DNA of 64,000 nucleotides from Cenococcum geophilum. Taxonomy: Eukaryota. Position 1 is the first letter of the stretch; the number at the start of each line of letters is the position of its first letter. A program made the translations under genes and the position numbers. A model generated the notes under the pieces. That model was not told the DNA's origin. It searched no databases and saw nothing but the letters and a program-made list of their open reading frames with translations. Below, piece after piece: positions 12,801 to 25,507 of the stretch. Location: contig CP158635.1 of assembly GCA_050273025.1 (NCBI GenBank), positions 496,001-560,000 on the forward strand, given 5' to 3'.

Positions 12801-14599
12801 TTCTTCTTACTTATATATAACTCTTGGGCAGAAAGCTAACGCTATACAGTAAAATAGGTCTCTTAAGTTGCCCTAAGAGCGTAGGCTTCTACGGCTGCCT
12901 CTTTAGCCTTTAGTAGTTAATCCTAGTAGCTAATATAAGTAAGGGGATTCGTAATAAAGTCGTATTCTAGAGCCTCTGGAGTATCTAGATTAGAGTGCTT
13001 AGTACGCGTAATACTCGCTACCTATCCTTTAATATTACCTATATAACCAGGGAGCTTCTTTTAGGCCACCCAAGTACACCAGCCGTAGTTTTTTTAGTAT
13101 ACCTTAGTGGCCTCTCGCTGCTAGTTGCTATTCTTACCACGAAAGTTATCTAACTTACGGTAATTCTAGGTGTGCTTACTATAGTATTTATAGCTAAAGA
13201 TATAGTATAGCTATAGGCTAGTTTTATTACTAGAGGACAGTATAATAATAAAGAAGCCTTTACTAAAAGCGTAGTCCTAGTATTAGTTAAACGCGGCATT
13301 AATATCCTTAAAGATCTCGCCCTTATATAGCTCTAGAAGGTGGTGGGCGGGCATAGAGTTAACTACCTTTTTTACTACTAAAGCTAGGTCCTAGTGCAAC
13401 TAGGGGTTCGGCTATTACTCTAGACATTAGATCTTAACTTCTAGCAATAGCAATTAAAGCCATAGTAGAAGAGGATTATTTGTATCTTATACTAAAGCAG
13501 CGCGATATTTATAAGGGCTAGGGGGTAGAGAAGAGAACAACTTCTACATAGAGGCCTACGCCAAGCTCTCTATATCCGTATACTATAGCTAGCAAAGCTA
13601 AGATAGAGTTAACGGAGCCTAAGGAGCCTAAGGAACCTTATGCTAAGTAGTTAAAATAACCTAGTAAAGGGGGGGTGGAGTATTAAGGACTTTAATAGGG
13701 TTGCTCTGGCGATTACTAGGTTTTTATACTAGGGTAGTAAAGGTAGAATAGATAGTAGGGCGACGCCGTAGGAGCTTATTAAGGTTAGGAAGAGTTGCAT
13801 TAATATTAAATAAAGAGCTATTAGCTATATTATGCAGTAGGAAGTTAATATAAGCTTTATAAGGTATAGATTAGGAGCAACTTTATAGTAGAAATCTTTA
13901 AAAAACTTACTATTAAGTTATCCGACTTTAGCGTTATATCTTTTAGCCTAGCACTAATATATACTTTTATAAGCTATTTAGGATATTTAGTCTATATAAT
14001 AAGCTATTAATTCCGCTCCCTAGACTAGTCTATTTACTAGGTGGTTATATAGATACTCTATAGCGTAAGTTGCGGTAAGAACATGCTTTTTTGAAGTTCT
14101 TCCGCGCTCGCGATAGTGGCCCGTGCGGGACTTAGTAAGCACTTACTAATCTTGGATGTGTGGGATGAATGTTACCTCAGAAGCTCAGGCCAAGAAATCG
14201 ATTGCGGATATTGGAATATCCGCACCGTCCGCTAAGCTGATTTAGGACGGTAATCGTTTTCTTAGTCTGAGGGACTTTGGCGAGATTTGTAGAAAACCTA
14301 AACACCGTTTATATAAGAAGACCTCATTAACTTTAACGAAATTAATCTACCCTCCCACAATACTTATTGATATAAAAATTACACTAAATTATAGAGAAAA
14401 GCCTACTCTATAAAGCTATGAGATCCTCAGCTCCTTATACCCGCGCAATAGTAAGAGGAAGTCGTCGCCGTAGAGGCCCCAATTCTACCTCTGCACCGCC
14501 GAGCCGCGCAGTAAACACCAACGCTGAACGCTTACGCCTACGCCGGCAGCCCTCTGCGTAGAGCTGTGGAGCTTTGCGAGAGCTCTGCGGAACGAAGCT

Positions 14600-15017
14600 T
14601 AGGGGGAGACCTGCACAGAGCTCTGCACGGAGCTCTACCGAAGCTCTGCAAAAGCTCTGTACGAAGCTCCGCACGAAGCTCCGCTCAAAGCTCCACACGA
14701 AGCTCCGCTCAAAGCTCCGCACGAAGCTCTGCTCGAAGCTCCGCACGAAGCTCTGCTCGAAGCTCTGCTCGAAGCTCCGCACGAAGCTCTGCTCGAATCT
14801 CCGCACGAAGCTCTGCTCGAAGCTCTGCTCGAAGCTCTGCTCGAAGCTCTGCTCGAAGCTCTGCTCGAAGCTCTGCTCGAAGCTCTGCTCGAAGCTCTGC
14901 TCGAAGCTCTGCTCGAAGCTCTGCTCGAAGCTCTGCTCGAAGCTCTGCTCGAAGCTCTGCTCGAAGCTCTGCTCGAAGCTCCGCTCGAAGCTCTGCTCGA
15001 AGCTCTACTCGAAGCCC
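14600..15017. repeat. 12-bp minisatellite (GAAGCTCTGCTC)n
   Basis: Tandem array directly visible. Confidence 0.95.
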
Positions 15018-15377
15018 TATTATCGATTCCCATTACCAAATACTGACTGAGTGGCGTTGTCGACAGTGGCAATTACAAGTCGTAGTCGTCAGCTCTATCG
15101 TCAACATCGTTATCAGCGTTTCGCCACCTACCTCATGTATATATAGTCTCTTTTCTTTACCTATATAGAGCTCCAAAGCTCTATTAACACGCAGCACTAA
15201 TATACCAGGAAGGTTCTACAATCGCCCGTATAAACGCCCGTACAAACGCCCGTATAAACGCCCATACAATCAATCGATCAATTGCCCATACAATCGTCTC
15301 TACAAACGTCTCTGCAATTGATCGCCCGTACGAACGTCTGCACGTCTGCACATCTACACGTCTGCACGCCTGCACGT

Positions 15378-15900
15378 GGCTCTGCATGAAGCTCTGCACG
15401 AAGCTCTGCACGAAGCTCTGCACGAAGCTCTGCACGAAGCTCTGCACGAAGCTCTGCACAAAGCTCTGTACAAAGATCTGCATTAAGCTCTGCACGAAGC
15501 TCCGCACGAAGCTCTGCACGAAGCTCTGCACGAAGCTCTGTACAAAGATCTACATTAAGCTCTGCACGAAGCTCCGCACGAAGCTCTGTAAAAGCTCTAC
15601 TTGAAGCTCTGCTTGAAGCTCTGCTTGAAGCTCTGCTTGAAGCTCTGCTTGAAGCTCTGCTTGAAGCTCTGCTTGAAGCTCTGCTTGAAGCTCTGCTTGA
15701 AGCTCTGCTTGAAGCTCTGCTTGAAGCTCTGCTTGAAGCTCTGCTTAAAGCTCTGCTTAAAGCTCTGCTTAAAGCTCTGCTTAAAGCTCTGCTTAAAGCT
15801 CTGCTTAAAGCTCTGCATGAAGCTCTGCATGAAGCTCTGCACAAAGCTCTACACAAAGCTCTGCACGAAGCTCTACACGAAGCTCTACTAAGGTTCTACA
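15378..15900. repeat. 12-bp minisatellite (GAAGCTCTGCAC)n switching to (GAAGCTCTGCTT)n
   Basis: Tandem array directly visible. Confidence 0.95.
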
Positions 15901-16409
15901 TAAGGCTCTGCCCAAAGCTTACCCCCTAGTAGTAGCTCCGGGCCAAGGGAGGATATTTTTAAGGAAAGACCCAACTATAGCACCTACTAGGTGTTGCAAT
16001 AGCTTTAAGTAGTAGATATCTATATATCTGTATAGTTTTATCTATATTAGTAGACTATTTAATAAGATACAATATATGCTTAGGCTTTTAACAACGCGTT
16101 TTTTAACTTTAACGAAATTAATGTCAGGACTAAGTGGTAGCCGTAGAATAAAATTTATACCATTTAGAAGCCCTAAGTCTTAAAAAAAAAGTGACTATAG
16201 GGTTTAATAATAACGTGTTGTGTGAATAAATAAATTAGATATCCGTAATCTCTATTTTATGGATTTTGCTTAGGATTTTAACAAATCTCGCCAAACCCTC
16301 TCAGACGTGATTTTGCAATTCGGAAGACGGCGTAGGTTATTCCGATGCTAGCTAAAAAATCGCGTCTGAGCTCGCTGAGGTAAGGATGAATGTGCCCGGA
16401 GACTGCCCG

Positions 16410-19400
16410 GTAGAGTTCTGCCGGCTCTATTGCTGAATGGACCAATTAGGATTTTTCATCCCCGGGATGGAAAATCGCTATTGGCTCGGTGATAGGCGGT
16501 GAGCTGAACTGACGTCTCTGCAGTAGGTCGTCGCGACTGACGCGTCTTGACTAAGAAAGTAAACAAGAAAGGAGCTTTAGGAAATACAGTAAATAAGCAG
16601 ACAAATAGAAATCTCTTATACGATCGTTACCTGCGTCCCCTCCCCCACCTTAGAACTTGACTGTCCCTTAGTTAAACATTCTACACCTGCGGCGGAGCCT
16701 GTTGCGGAGCCTGCTATGGAGCCTGTTGCGGAGCCTGCTATGGAGCCTGTTGCGGAGCCTGCTACGGAGCCTGCTGGTTAATGGCTGACCTGGTTAAGCG
16801 TCCGTCTCCAAGACCGTCTCTAAGGATTATACGATTTATTCTTCTTCCTAGCTTCGGCTGTCTCATCCGCAGGCCGTGACCTAATCTGGATCTACTCTCC
16901 TGGTCGTATATTCTTCTCCTGTGGTAGAGCCTACTGCGGAGCAATGGCTGTCTTAGTTGTACGGCTGTCTCTAAGGGTCGGGCGAGTCTGCGGACGTTGC
17001 TGGCTGGGCGCTACTGAGTCCGTGGGCCGTACTTGATAGTAGCCCTCCCAGTTTATACGCATTTTGTCACTGTTCTTTAGCACTACTCCGTCATGGAAAG
17101 CCGGTTACTGCGTCTGTTCTTTCCTTAGCCTACCTAGGTTAGTTCCTTGGTACGTACGGAGCCAGTCCTTAATACCCTCTAGCCGTCCTTTATTGCTAAG
17201 CCGCGGTAGTTCAGGTCCAGGTCGTTCGTGCATCCCCGCTTCTAGTCTTCCTCAATTAGACAGATATATAAGTCCTTGCTAAATAAGATCCTTTAAGCCT
17301 TGACACTCGTGTTCGGTGAAACGGTGACTTCCTCCACATCCAAAGCAGGTCTGCTGGCCTTGTCCTTACGTGCCTTGCTGACCCCACGCGCCCTGCTGCG
17401 GCCGTCTAAAGGCAGTAAAATCTTGCGGATATCGACAGTCTTGTGGATATTGAGAGCCTTGCGGGGGTCAGGTGTCTTGCAGGACAAAGGGAGCTCGGGT
17501 GCTGTTCTGCCAGCCCTCGTATCCTTGTGCTAGGCTTTGAGCTATAGCCTAATCCGTTGTAGGCGACTACTGCTGCATTAGGGCTCCTCCGCGTATACCT
17601 GGTCTAGCTAGGTCTAGAAGCCTTCCTTCCCTTTATCGGTCGAGCTCATTCCTTTACTACCGTAGCTCTTGTATAAGCTGGACATTCAAAATATCTTCTT
17701 CCAGAAGGATAGCCATTCGCTCGGCGTTCTCTACAGCCATTATTCTTAACTCAACGGCCTCCTTTAGTCTTTCAAACATAAGGGTACTAGGCTCGTCTGC
17801 TACGGCCCCTATCTTCTCCATTGCGTGCCTGCGGTATTTAATAGGGAGTCCTCGCATAAACCACCACCCCCTCTCTTGCTCAGTAAGGTTTCCTACGGCT
17901 ACTGCTTTAGCTGAGATACTAGTAAAATCTTGCATATAGTGACGCAGATCTCCTGGCTGCTCCGCTGACTTTCGAACGAAAGCTTCCATAAAGTCTCTTG
18001 TCTCTATACGTCGGTAGTAGTCGTCCGCTCAATATTCAGCCCTAGGCTTTCTCACAAGCTCCGTCCAGTCGCCAATTATAAACTCGGGTAGGCTTTAAAT
18101 CCACATCCCTATCCAGTAATCGCAGTACTCTGGAAGACCCTAGTGCTTCTCCTTGCTTATAACGTAATATCGGGCGCATAGTCGCTCGTACTGCTCGATA
18201 GACTATAACACGTCCTGTCCCATAAAGTACGGAGTTCCAATAGTTCCTGGGGCTGGCATAGGCTGGGTCACAACGTAGATCCTATCTCGAGTCGTCGACT
18301 GCTGGTCATAGGGCGATACATCTAGAGCTTCCTCGGGAGCTTGCAGGTGGTCCTTATCCTTCATCAACTAAGGGTCGTCAGTCCTAGGTGTCACGGGTGA
18401 ACGCTACAGTAGGTCTGCTTGTATGGCCGTAGTCTTAACAGAGGGTGTCCCAGATAGCTGTCCTAGCGGTACCTCAATAGGCGCACGCTTCGGCTGGTCT
18501 ACTTATGCAGCTATGTCCCTAACGGAGGCCTGCCTTTTGACGCCCGAGGGGGGGTCTCCCTGGGAGAGCACGGTGTCTTCATTATCTACCACTGCCGGGT
18601 CTCGATACGTCCGTCTGTTTCGGCCTGCCGTTATTCCATACGGTAGGGTACTACTGAGCCTTAGGCCTCTGCCTACATCTACCTCTTTATAGAGCGCCTC
18701 TGCAGCCGCCGCTGACACGATCCGGATAACTCGAAAGAAGATAAAGCTAAGCTAGAATAGGAAGCTTTCAAGACAGATCCGATCTCGTGTGCTTGCGACC
18801 TTGCTCGGTATTGCCTCCTTTGTTCGTTAAGGGCAGTACTAACTTCCTTTGCCGCCAGATGTCTTAGATCTCGTTTCCATCTAATTAATTGGCCCTTAGC
18901 TTGCCGTCTCTGCATCTTTAATAAAGGTCTGGCCATATCCGTGCGCAGGTGGCAAGTATCGGGTAACTCCAAGACGTTGTCTAATAGGCTCGCTGGTTCG
19001 CTTAACATCCAATTTCCAAGTATGGGCACCGAATCTAATTGCCGAGACCTTTTTGCCCTGCACCCTTTTGCTTCCTATTACCACTCTTTAGCCTGTGCAT
19101 TGAGTCTAACTATCCGTCTAATGTCCGTCTTTTCCGCTGTCTTTTTATTTAGGGACTGCCTAGTTCCCCCCGCTGTCCAATACTGCCTCGTTCTCTAGTT
19201 CTCTAGTTCTCTGCTATCTCATCTATCTGGCTGGCGGTTCTTTTACAGCTGGTCGTTCTTCCACAGCTGGCGGTTCTTCTATAGTCGTAGTATATTCCTA
19301 CGTGTCTCCTGTATATGTAGCACTAGACTTCTAATCCAAAGAGCTTGCCGTCGTCCTCACGTGGAATGCCATAAAATATATAGGAGGGTACGACCTCTCT

Positions 19401-19620
19401 AAGATAGGAAAGTCACAGTGCTATCTGTCTGTCTATCTGTCGGTCGGTCGGTCAGTCAGTTAGTCAGTCAGTCAGTAAGAAAGAAAGAAAAGAGTGTATT
19501 TCCGGTAACTGGTAGGTTCGTGATGTATATAAGATAGAGGAAAGAAGGAAGAAAGTAGAAGGCTTTATAAATATAGGAAAATGCTAAGGCACTAGGCGTC
19601 GTCCAATCTACACCACCACA
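16410..19620 (-). mobile_element. Internally deleted (gag-only) Gypsy-type LTR element, lightly RIPed
   Basis: 5' LTR 19379-19620; gag motif MPAPGTIGTPYFMGQDV..IEQYERL (~18190-18260) and track ORF 17657-17989; PPT AAGGTGGGGGAGGGG at ~16637-16651; no RT/RNaseH/integrase core seen. Confidence 0.7.
19379..19620 (-). repeat. 5' LTR (242 bp), same family as the solo LTR at 52089-52328
   Basis: Shared GGAGGGTACGACC..CTCT.AGATAGGAAAGTCACAGTGCT and CCACCACA end. Confidence 0.85.
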
Positions 19621-20446
19621 ATAGCTCTCTATATAGCTTATGTCTTATTAGTTTATTTCTTTAGTAATCTAAATACTCTTTTATTACCTTTCTAGTAATA
19701 CTTTAGATTTTATTAATAATATATTCTTTTTAAAGTGTTAATACTAAGCCTATTGCTCCGTTATGTCCCTAAGTTATTCCTTTATAGAAATCTTCTATAA
19801 AATATTCTGCAATGCTTTTCAGGATATACTTTACTTTTTTTGTTCTTATATATATCTATCTATAAATCTTCTAGCTATGCTTTTAAAAGTCTTTATATTT
19901 ATAAGCTTTCTAGTATCTTATAGGCTCTTCTTAGTTCGTTATCCTCTTATATTACTACTAGCTTAGGGTAATTATATCTAATTAATCTATCCTTATCCTT
20001 GCGTAGTATTACTTTAAATAGTTTTTCGTTATTTTATAATTTAGCCCTTTTACTAAGTGCATCTACTCTTATATTCTTAGTTCTCTTAATATACTAAATC
20101 TTAAAATAATATTCTATAAGCATTTCTGCCTATATAACTTATCTCTAATTAAGTTCTTTTATTACTAGGAACCCTATTAGGTTCTTATAGTCTATCTTAA
20201 CTTTAAATAGTTTCTCTATACCTTATAAGAATGCTCTTTATTTCTTAAGTTCTATAACTATACCTAATAACTCCTTATTATAAATGTTATAGTTTAGTTC
20301 CGGTACTATTTTTTTAACTATAATACGTTACTAGGTGCTATATATTCTTATACTTTTATAGTAAATATACTCCTAATATAAAGTTTAATACGCCTATTTC
20401 TATAACTATATCTACTCCTAGTTAATAGATCTTAAGGATTAGCTCC

Positions 20447-22072
20447 GTCTGTTACCTCCCCTTTACTTCTCTGTCCGTCGTTATAAGGGCGCCGCTAGTT
20501 ATATACCCCCTAAAGATATATTATCGCAACGCTAGCTACTATAACTAACGATTTCACTATAACCAGTCTGCTATAGAGTAGACAACCTCCTCTATAACTA
20601 GTCTACTATAGGGTAGACGACCTCCTTTATAACTAGTCTGCCACAGGGTAAACAACCTCCTCTATAACCAGTCTACTATAGGGTAGACGACCTTCTCTAT
20701 AACTAGTCTACCGTAGGGTAAACAACCTCCTTTATAACTAGTCTACCGTAGGGTAGACGACCTCCTCTATAACTAGTCTACCGTAGGGTAGATAACCTCC
20801 TCTATAACTAGTCTGCTGTAGAGTAGATAACCTCCTCTATAACTAGTCTGCTGTAGGGTAGATAACCTCCTTTATAACTAGTCTGCTATAAAGTAAACAA
20901 CCTCCTTTATAACTAGTTTACCGTAGGGTAGACAACCTCCTTTATAACTAGTCTGCTATAGAGTAGATAACCTTCTATAACTAGTCTGCTATAGAGCAGA
21001 CAACCTTCTATAACTAGTCTGCTATAAAGTAGATAACCTTTTATAACTAGTCTATAGCTATTATATTATAGATAACCTCTACTATAACCGGTCTACGGCT
21101 GTTGCGCTATAGGCAATTAAACTATAGAGGACCGCAGGCGTACCGTAGGCGCACCGTAGGCGTACCGCAGACAATATACTACTAGGGTAACTATAGTAGG
21201 GGATAGGGGAAGGGGACCGGCCCGTATTACTATTAGCACGTTAAATATAAGGTGTATAGGCGAATTAGTGTTTATACCTGTTCGTACTAACTTAATAGCA
21301 CGAGTGAGTCGTATCCACGGGCACGAAATACTTGTAGTATCGTATGCTTGTTTGGATGGTGACTTGTTCTTCTAATCGTATATAAAGAGGTAGAATTTAA
21401 GGGGTTTCCTGAGCTCGCTTAGCTCACGTGATTGCGTCCATAAATACCCATTCGAACTTATTCAGACAATACCCTATATAGACAACCTTATAAAAAAATT
21501 TCCTATAGGAGTAGGTTTATATAACGAGGTTTACCCTTATAAAATACCCATTTTCTAGAACGTAAATCTAGGATTAGTAGGTTATTTTTAGGGAGAGTAC
21601 CTATTAATTACTAATTCCTTACCCATTTCTTTAGTAAGGAGGAGAAATAGGGTATAGAATTAAACAGTCGTATAGGGGTAATTGGTAGCTACTTTTAAGC
21701 TAGTAAGCTATATGGTTTCTCTTATTCTTATATATAAAACTACGTTAAAAATCTATCTTTTAAAGCGCTTTTTTTACTCTAGGAATGGCAGAATACAGCA
21801 GAAATAGATAAAAGAGCCAGAATTTCCTTAGTGCGATTTTCTTAGTATAAACTGGACCATAGTGAGCAAAATATTAGAACAAAACACTAATAGGCTAGGA
21901 GCTCCCCCTAGTATTTAAAACGGGCTAAAGTGTCTACTTAGCTACTAGTACATATTAAGCTGCCTAGAAAGGATTTATATATATAGAACTATAGCGCTAT
22001 AGCCTAGAGACCGTATGCGTAGTATTGTACGTAGTATAATATAATGGATATAAAAAATAAAATAAAATAAAA
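20447..22072 (+). mobile_element. 1.6-kb non-LTR retro-insertion (non-autonomous LINE/SINE-like) with A-rich tail
   Basis: 13-bp TSD AAGGATTAGCT(C/T)C (20434-20446, 22073-22085); (AAAAT)n tail; last ~130 bp shared with the insert at 22834-22987. Confidence 0.7.
20558..21100. repeat. 33-bp (then 30-bp) tandem repeat, consensus CTATAACTAGTCTRCYRTAGGGTAGACAACCTCCT-like
   Basis: About 16 visible units. Confidence 0.9.
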
Positions 22073-22833
22073 AAGGATTAGCTTCTAGGTAAATAACTCC
22101 TTAAGTTATTTAAATAGCCTCTTTTACTTATCTCTCTATACCTATAGTTCCTCTTTTTTTATAAGCCTAGTAAATAGTTTAATATTCTTTAACCATTATA
22201 CTATAAACCTTCTGTAGTAGTTATAGAACCCTAAAAATAACCTTAACTATGTTATATTTTCTAGTTCTTACTAACTTACTATTGCTTTAATTTTCTTTAG
22301 GTCTATACTAATATAACCTAGTTTAATAATAAATTTAATAATATTGGTCTTTCTTATAAAGAACTTATATTTCTTAATTACTACTAATATCTACTCTTCT
22401 TATAGTCTCTTTAAGACCCATTTAACGTATTCCCCGTATTCTTCCTTAGTTATTAAGTAGATAATAATATCATTAAGGTATACTATAATAAACTTATTAA
22501 GGTATTCTTCTAATATACTATTAATTCTCTTTTAAAATGTTGCTAGTATATTTATTAACCCAAATTATATAACTAATAGTTTATATAGTCCTTCCTTTAA
22601 CCTAAAGGCTGCCTTTTATTCGTTACCTTTCTTAATTTTAATATAATAGTATACCTACCTTAGATCTATCTTTATAAAGATTTGCGCATTACCTATCCTG
22701 TCTTAGATTTCGCTAATTAAGGGTAAAGGATACCTACCCTTTTAAGTAATGCTATTTAACTATTTATAGGTAATATATAGCCTAAGTTTTCTATTCTTCT
22801 TTAGTATAAACAGTACTAGATATTCTACTAATA

Positions 22834-22987
22834 GATTTTTTTTTATATTTATTTTATATCCGTTGTATTATACTACGTACAATACTACACATGCAGCCTC
22901 TAGGCTATGGCGCTATAGTCCTATATATATAAATCCCTTAGGGCAGCTTAATATGTACTAGTAACTATGTCCTAGTAGTTTATAAGC
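22834..22987 (-). mobile_element. Short 5'-truncated non-LTR insertion of the same family as 20447-22072
   Basis: 10-bp TSD TCTACTAATA (22824-22833, 22988-22997), T-rich tail on the + strand, absent from the sister Gypsy at ~52780. Confidence 0.75.
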
Positions 22988-25507
22988 TCTACTAATAACT
23001 ATAATAGTCTAATATATCCCTTTTATAAGTTCTTTTAGACAAACTCTTTAAGTGCTTTTAACTCCTCTTAAGTAAGCTTATAGGTCATAAAAAACCTTAG
23101 ACTTATTCCTAGTTCTAATTCTATTTTATAATCCTATATTATATAATTTGCTAGCTTTTTACTTTTTAGGCTCTATAGTTTCTTACCATATTTATAGTAT
23201 CTCTTTAGTATATAACTTAAGCCTTAATCTCTTTATATATTATTCCGACTTAGTACTATACCATTTTAACTTATTATTGTATTTTATAGCGCTAAGTATT
23301 TTTAATATTAATCTATCCTATAACCTAATCGATCTTTAGATTATACTCCTGTAACTAAGGTATGCCTAATATTGCTTTATCTTGTCCTAATAGTAGGATA
23401 TTAAAAAACATCCTAATTCGTCTCCCTTTAATGGTTATCTAAATAGGTCCTATTTTAAGATTGATAATCCCTCCTCTATAGGTTATTAGATCGTCTAAAA
23501 TTATAACTAATAGGTAAAGTTACTCCTTCTATCTATAAGGCAATCCTATTTTCTTAACTACTGCTAGTAAGATATGGTTTCTTATTGCTCTACTATCTAT
23601 TAGTGCTTTAAACTGTTAATCTTACTAATTAATTTATAAATTTAGGTGTTATTTTTAAATTGCTTTAAGGGTCTAAGGCTCTACTACTGGCTCCCTTTAG
23701 TTTTATAGGCCTATACTTTTCCTAACTATTAGCTACTTAATCCTATTATTCTTAGCTCGCTCTTTAGCTAATATCTAGTTTGCTTTTTATTTTTAATATA
23801 CTATAGATATATATTCTCTAGGCATTCCCACTACTATTATTTATTAAGGTATTTCTCTATAAGGAATCTTTTTAGTTAAAGCGTTAAGTCTCCTAACTCC
23901 TAAATTTCCATTAAATACCATCTATACATATACTTAGCATTCTTATATTATTATTCCTCTGGCGCCTAATATATCCTTATATAGTACTTCTATTTTTTTT
24001 TATTTAGATTTTTATGTATATTATATATATTATCCATATATATAATTTATAATAGCGTATAATATACCAGGTGCTTTAGGTTAACTCTTAACTCGTTTTT
24101 ATCCTCAAGTTTAAACCTCTATTATATTAATCTAAACATTATAACTTTGTTCGCGAGTACTAATATTTATCTTTTACTTCTCTAGTCCTCTAACTATTCC
24201 TTTAGATCCTTTAATATTATAATTAAGGCTCCCTTAATATAACTTATAACTTTTACCATAATAGGGTAAGCTTAGATAACTTACTTATCTAACTATATAT
24301 AGAAATCTTTCCACTTATTATTATATCGTTGCCTATACTACTTTTAGTATAACTATTAGAGTATATACGGCTTTTCTATAAGGAAGTATCTTTTTATTAC
24401 TGCGTCGTAATAGCCCTTTATATATCGTTCTTTAAATCTAGTAAAAATCCCTAATGTTAGCGACTCAGTCAATCGAGACATAAGCACGGCAAAAGGGTCG
24501 CGCAAGCCTGTACGATTGGATTGTCTATAAACGAGAATCTAAAGCTAGAGAAAGGAAAGGGGAAGGAGAGTAGCGCCAGTCAAAGAAGGGTCCTTTTATG
24601 TGGTCCTCTAGTTACGTGACCGCAAAGTTCTACCAAGTTCTGCCAGTGCCGTAACATTACCCCCCCTCCAAAAAAGCCTGCCCTCAGGCTTTGTCGCTAA
24701 AAGTCTTAGCAAAAGAATCTAACTAATTAGACAACTTTGACCGCCGGTCGAAGTTCCTAGACATCTTAACACCTTACGTAACTAAGAAATTTCTAGGGCG
24801 TTTTTGTCCTTATGTTCTTCTAGCAGCTTATTATCTTTATTATACTAGCTTTCTATCTACTCGTCTAGGTACTTTAGCGGTCTGGGTTTATTAGGGTAAC
24901 AGCTATAGAACTCCTAAAGCTTATAGGGACTACCTATAAAGTTCTATATAGGGTACTAAGTGGGGTCTAGGTTATATCCTTTCCAACTAATATAATACTT
25001 TAACGTTCCCTTTACAAGTTTATAAGCCAGTATTTCTTTAATTTCCCATTTATTATCGCCATTAACTTAAATTAGCAGAGGAGGTTTATTCTTTTGTCTA
25101 GGTAGTAGGTTATTTATAGCTTTCCGTAGCTTATCCGGTAAGAAGATAGGGTAAACTTTAATTAAGTCTGGGAGTTTAACCTTATACAAGTTGCCTACTT
25201 TATTAAGAATCTTATATAGTTCTGCTATCTTATAGTCTAGCTTATAGCTAGGCCATTCTGTCTTCTAGTTCTTTATTATAACCTAGACCATGTCGCCTAT
25301 AGTAAAGTCATCAGGAAATTTTTTTTTGGGCACGTTGTCGCAAGCGAAAATCGGGGTCTGCAAAACCTGCGTAAGTCGCGATTTTAGCGATTTGCGGCAA
25401 CTTGCGGCGATTTGCTACAAATACATAGGCTACCCATATAAATCGCCGCAAATTGCGACTTAAGTAGACCCTAATTTTCGGCTGCAATAAAAACGCAACA
25501 AAAATAC

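Larger units (their letters stand above)
14172..16383. mobile_element. Non-autonomous Academ-like TIR element carrying 12-bp minisatellite arrays
   Basis: Termini TTACCTCAG...CTGAGGTAA; imperfect ~130-bp TIR sharing TTTGGCGAGATTTGT; perfect 9-bp TSD GGATGAATG (14163-14171, 16384-16392). Confidence 0.8.
10238..16409 (-). mobile_element. MULE copy 2, inverted relative to copy 1; its 5' TIR is split by a non-autonomous Academ-like element
   Basis: 10238-14171 is the reverse complement of 6044-10208 apart from RIP-type transitions and the LINE insert; the TIR resumes at 16384-16409 (GGATGAATGTGCCCGGAGACTGCCCG). Confidence 0.9.

Noticed and set aside
14435..15891. Long ORFs (SSAR, KLCS, RASS, QSFK repeats)
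   Set aside because: Translations of a stop-free 12-bp minisatellite, open on both strands; no evidence of coding.
20558..21100. CRISPR-like array of ~33-bp repeats
   Set aside because: Head-to-tail units without unique spacers, in eukaryotic TE context, with no cas genes.
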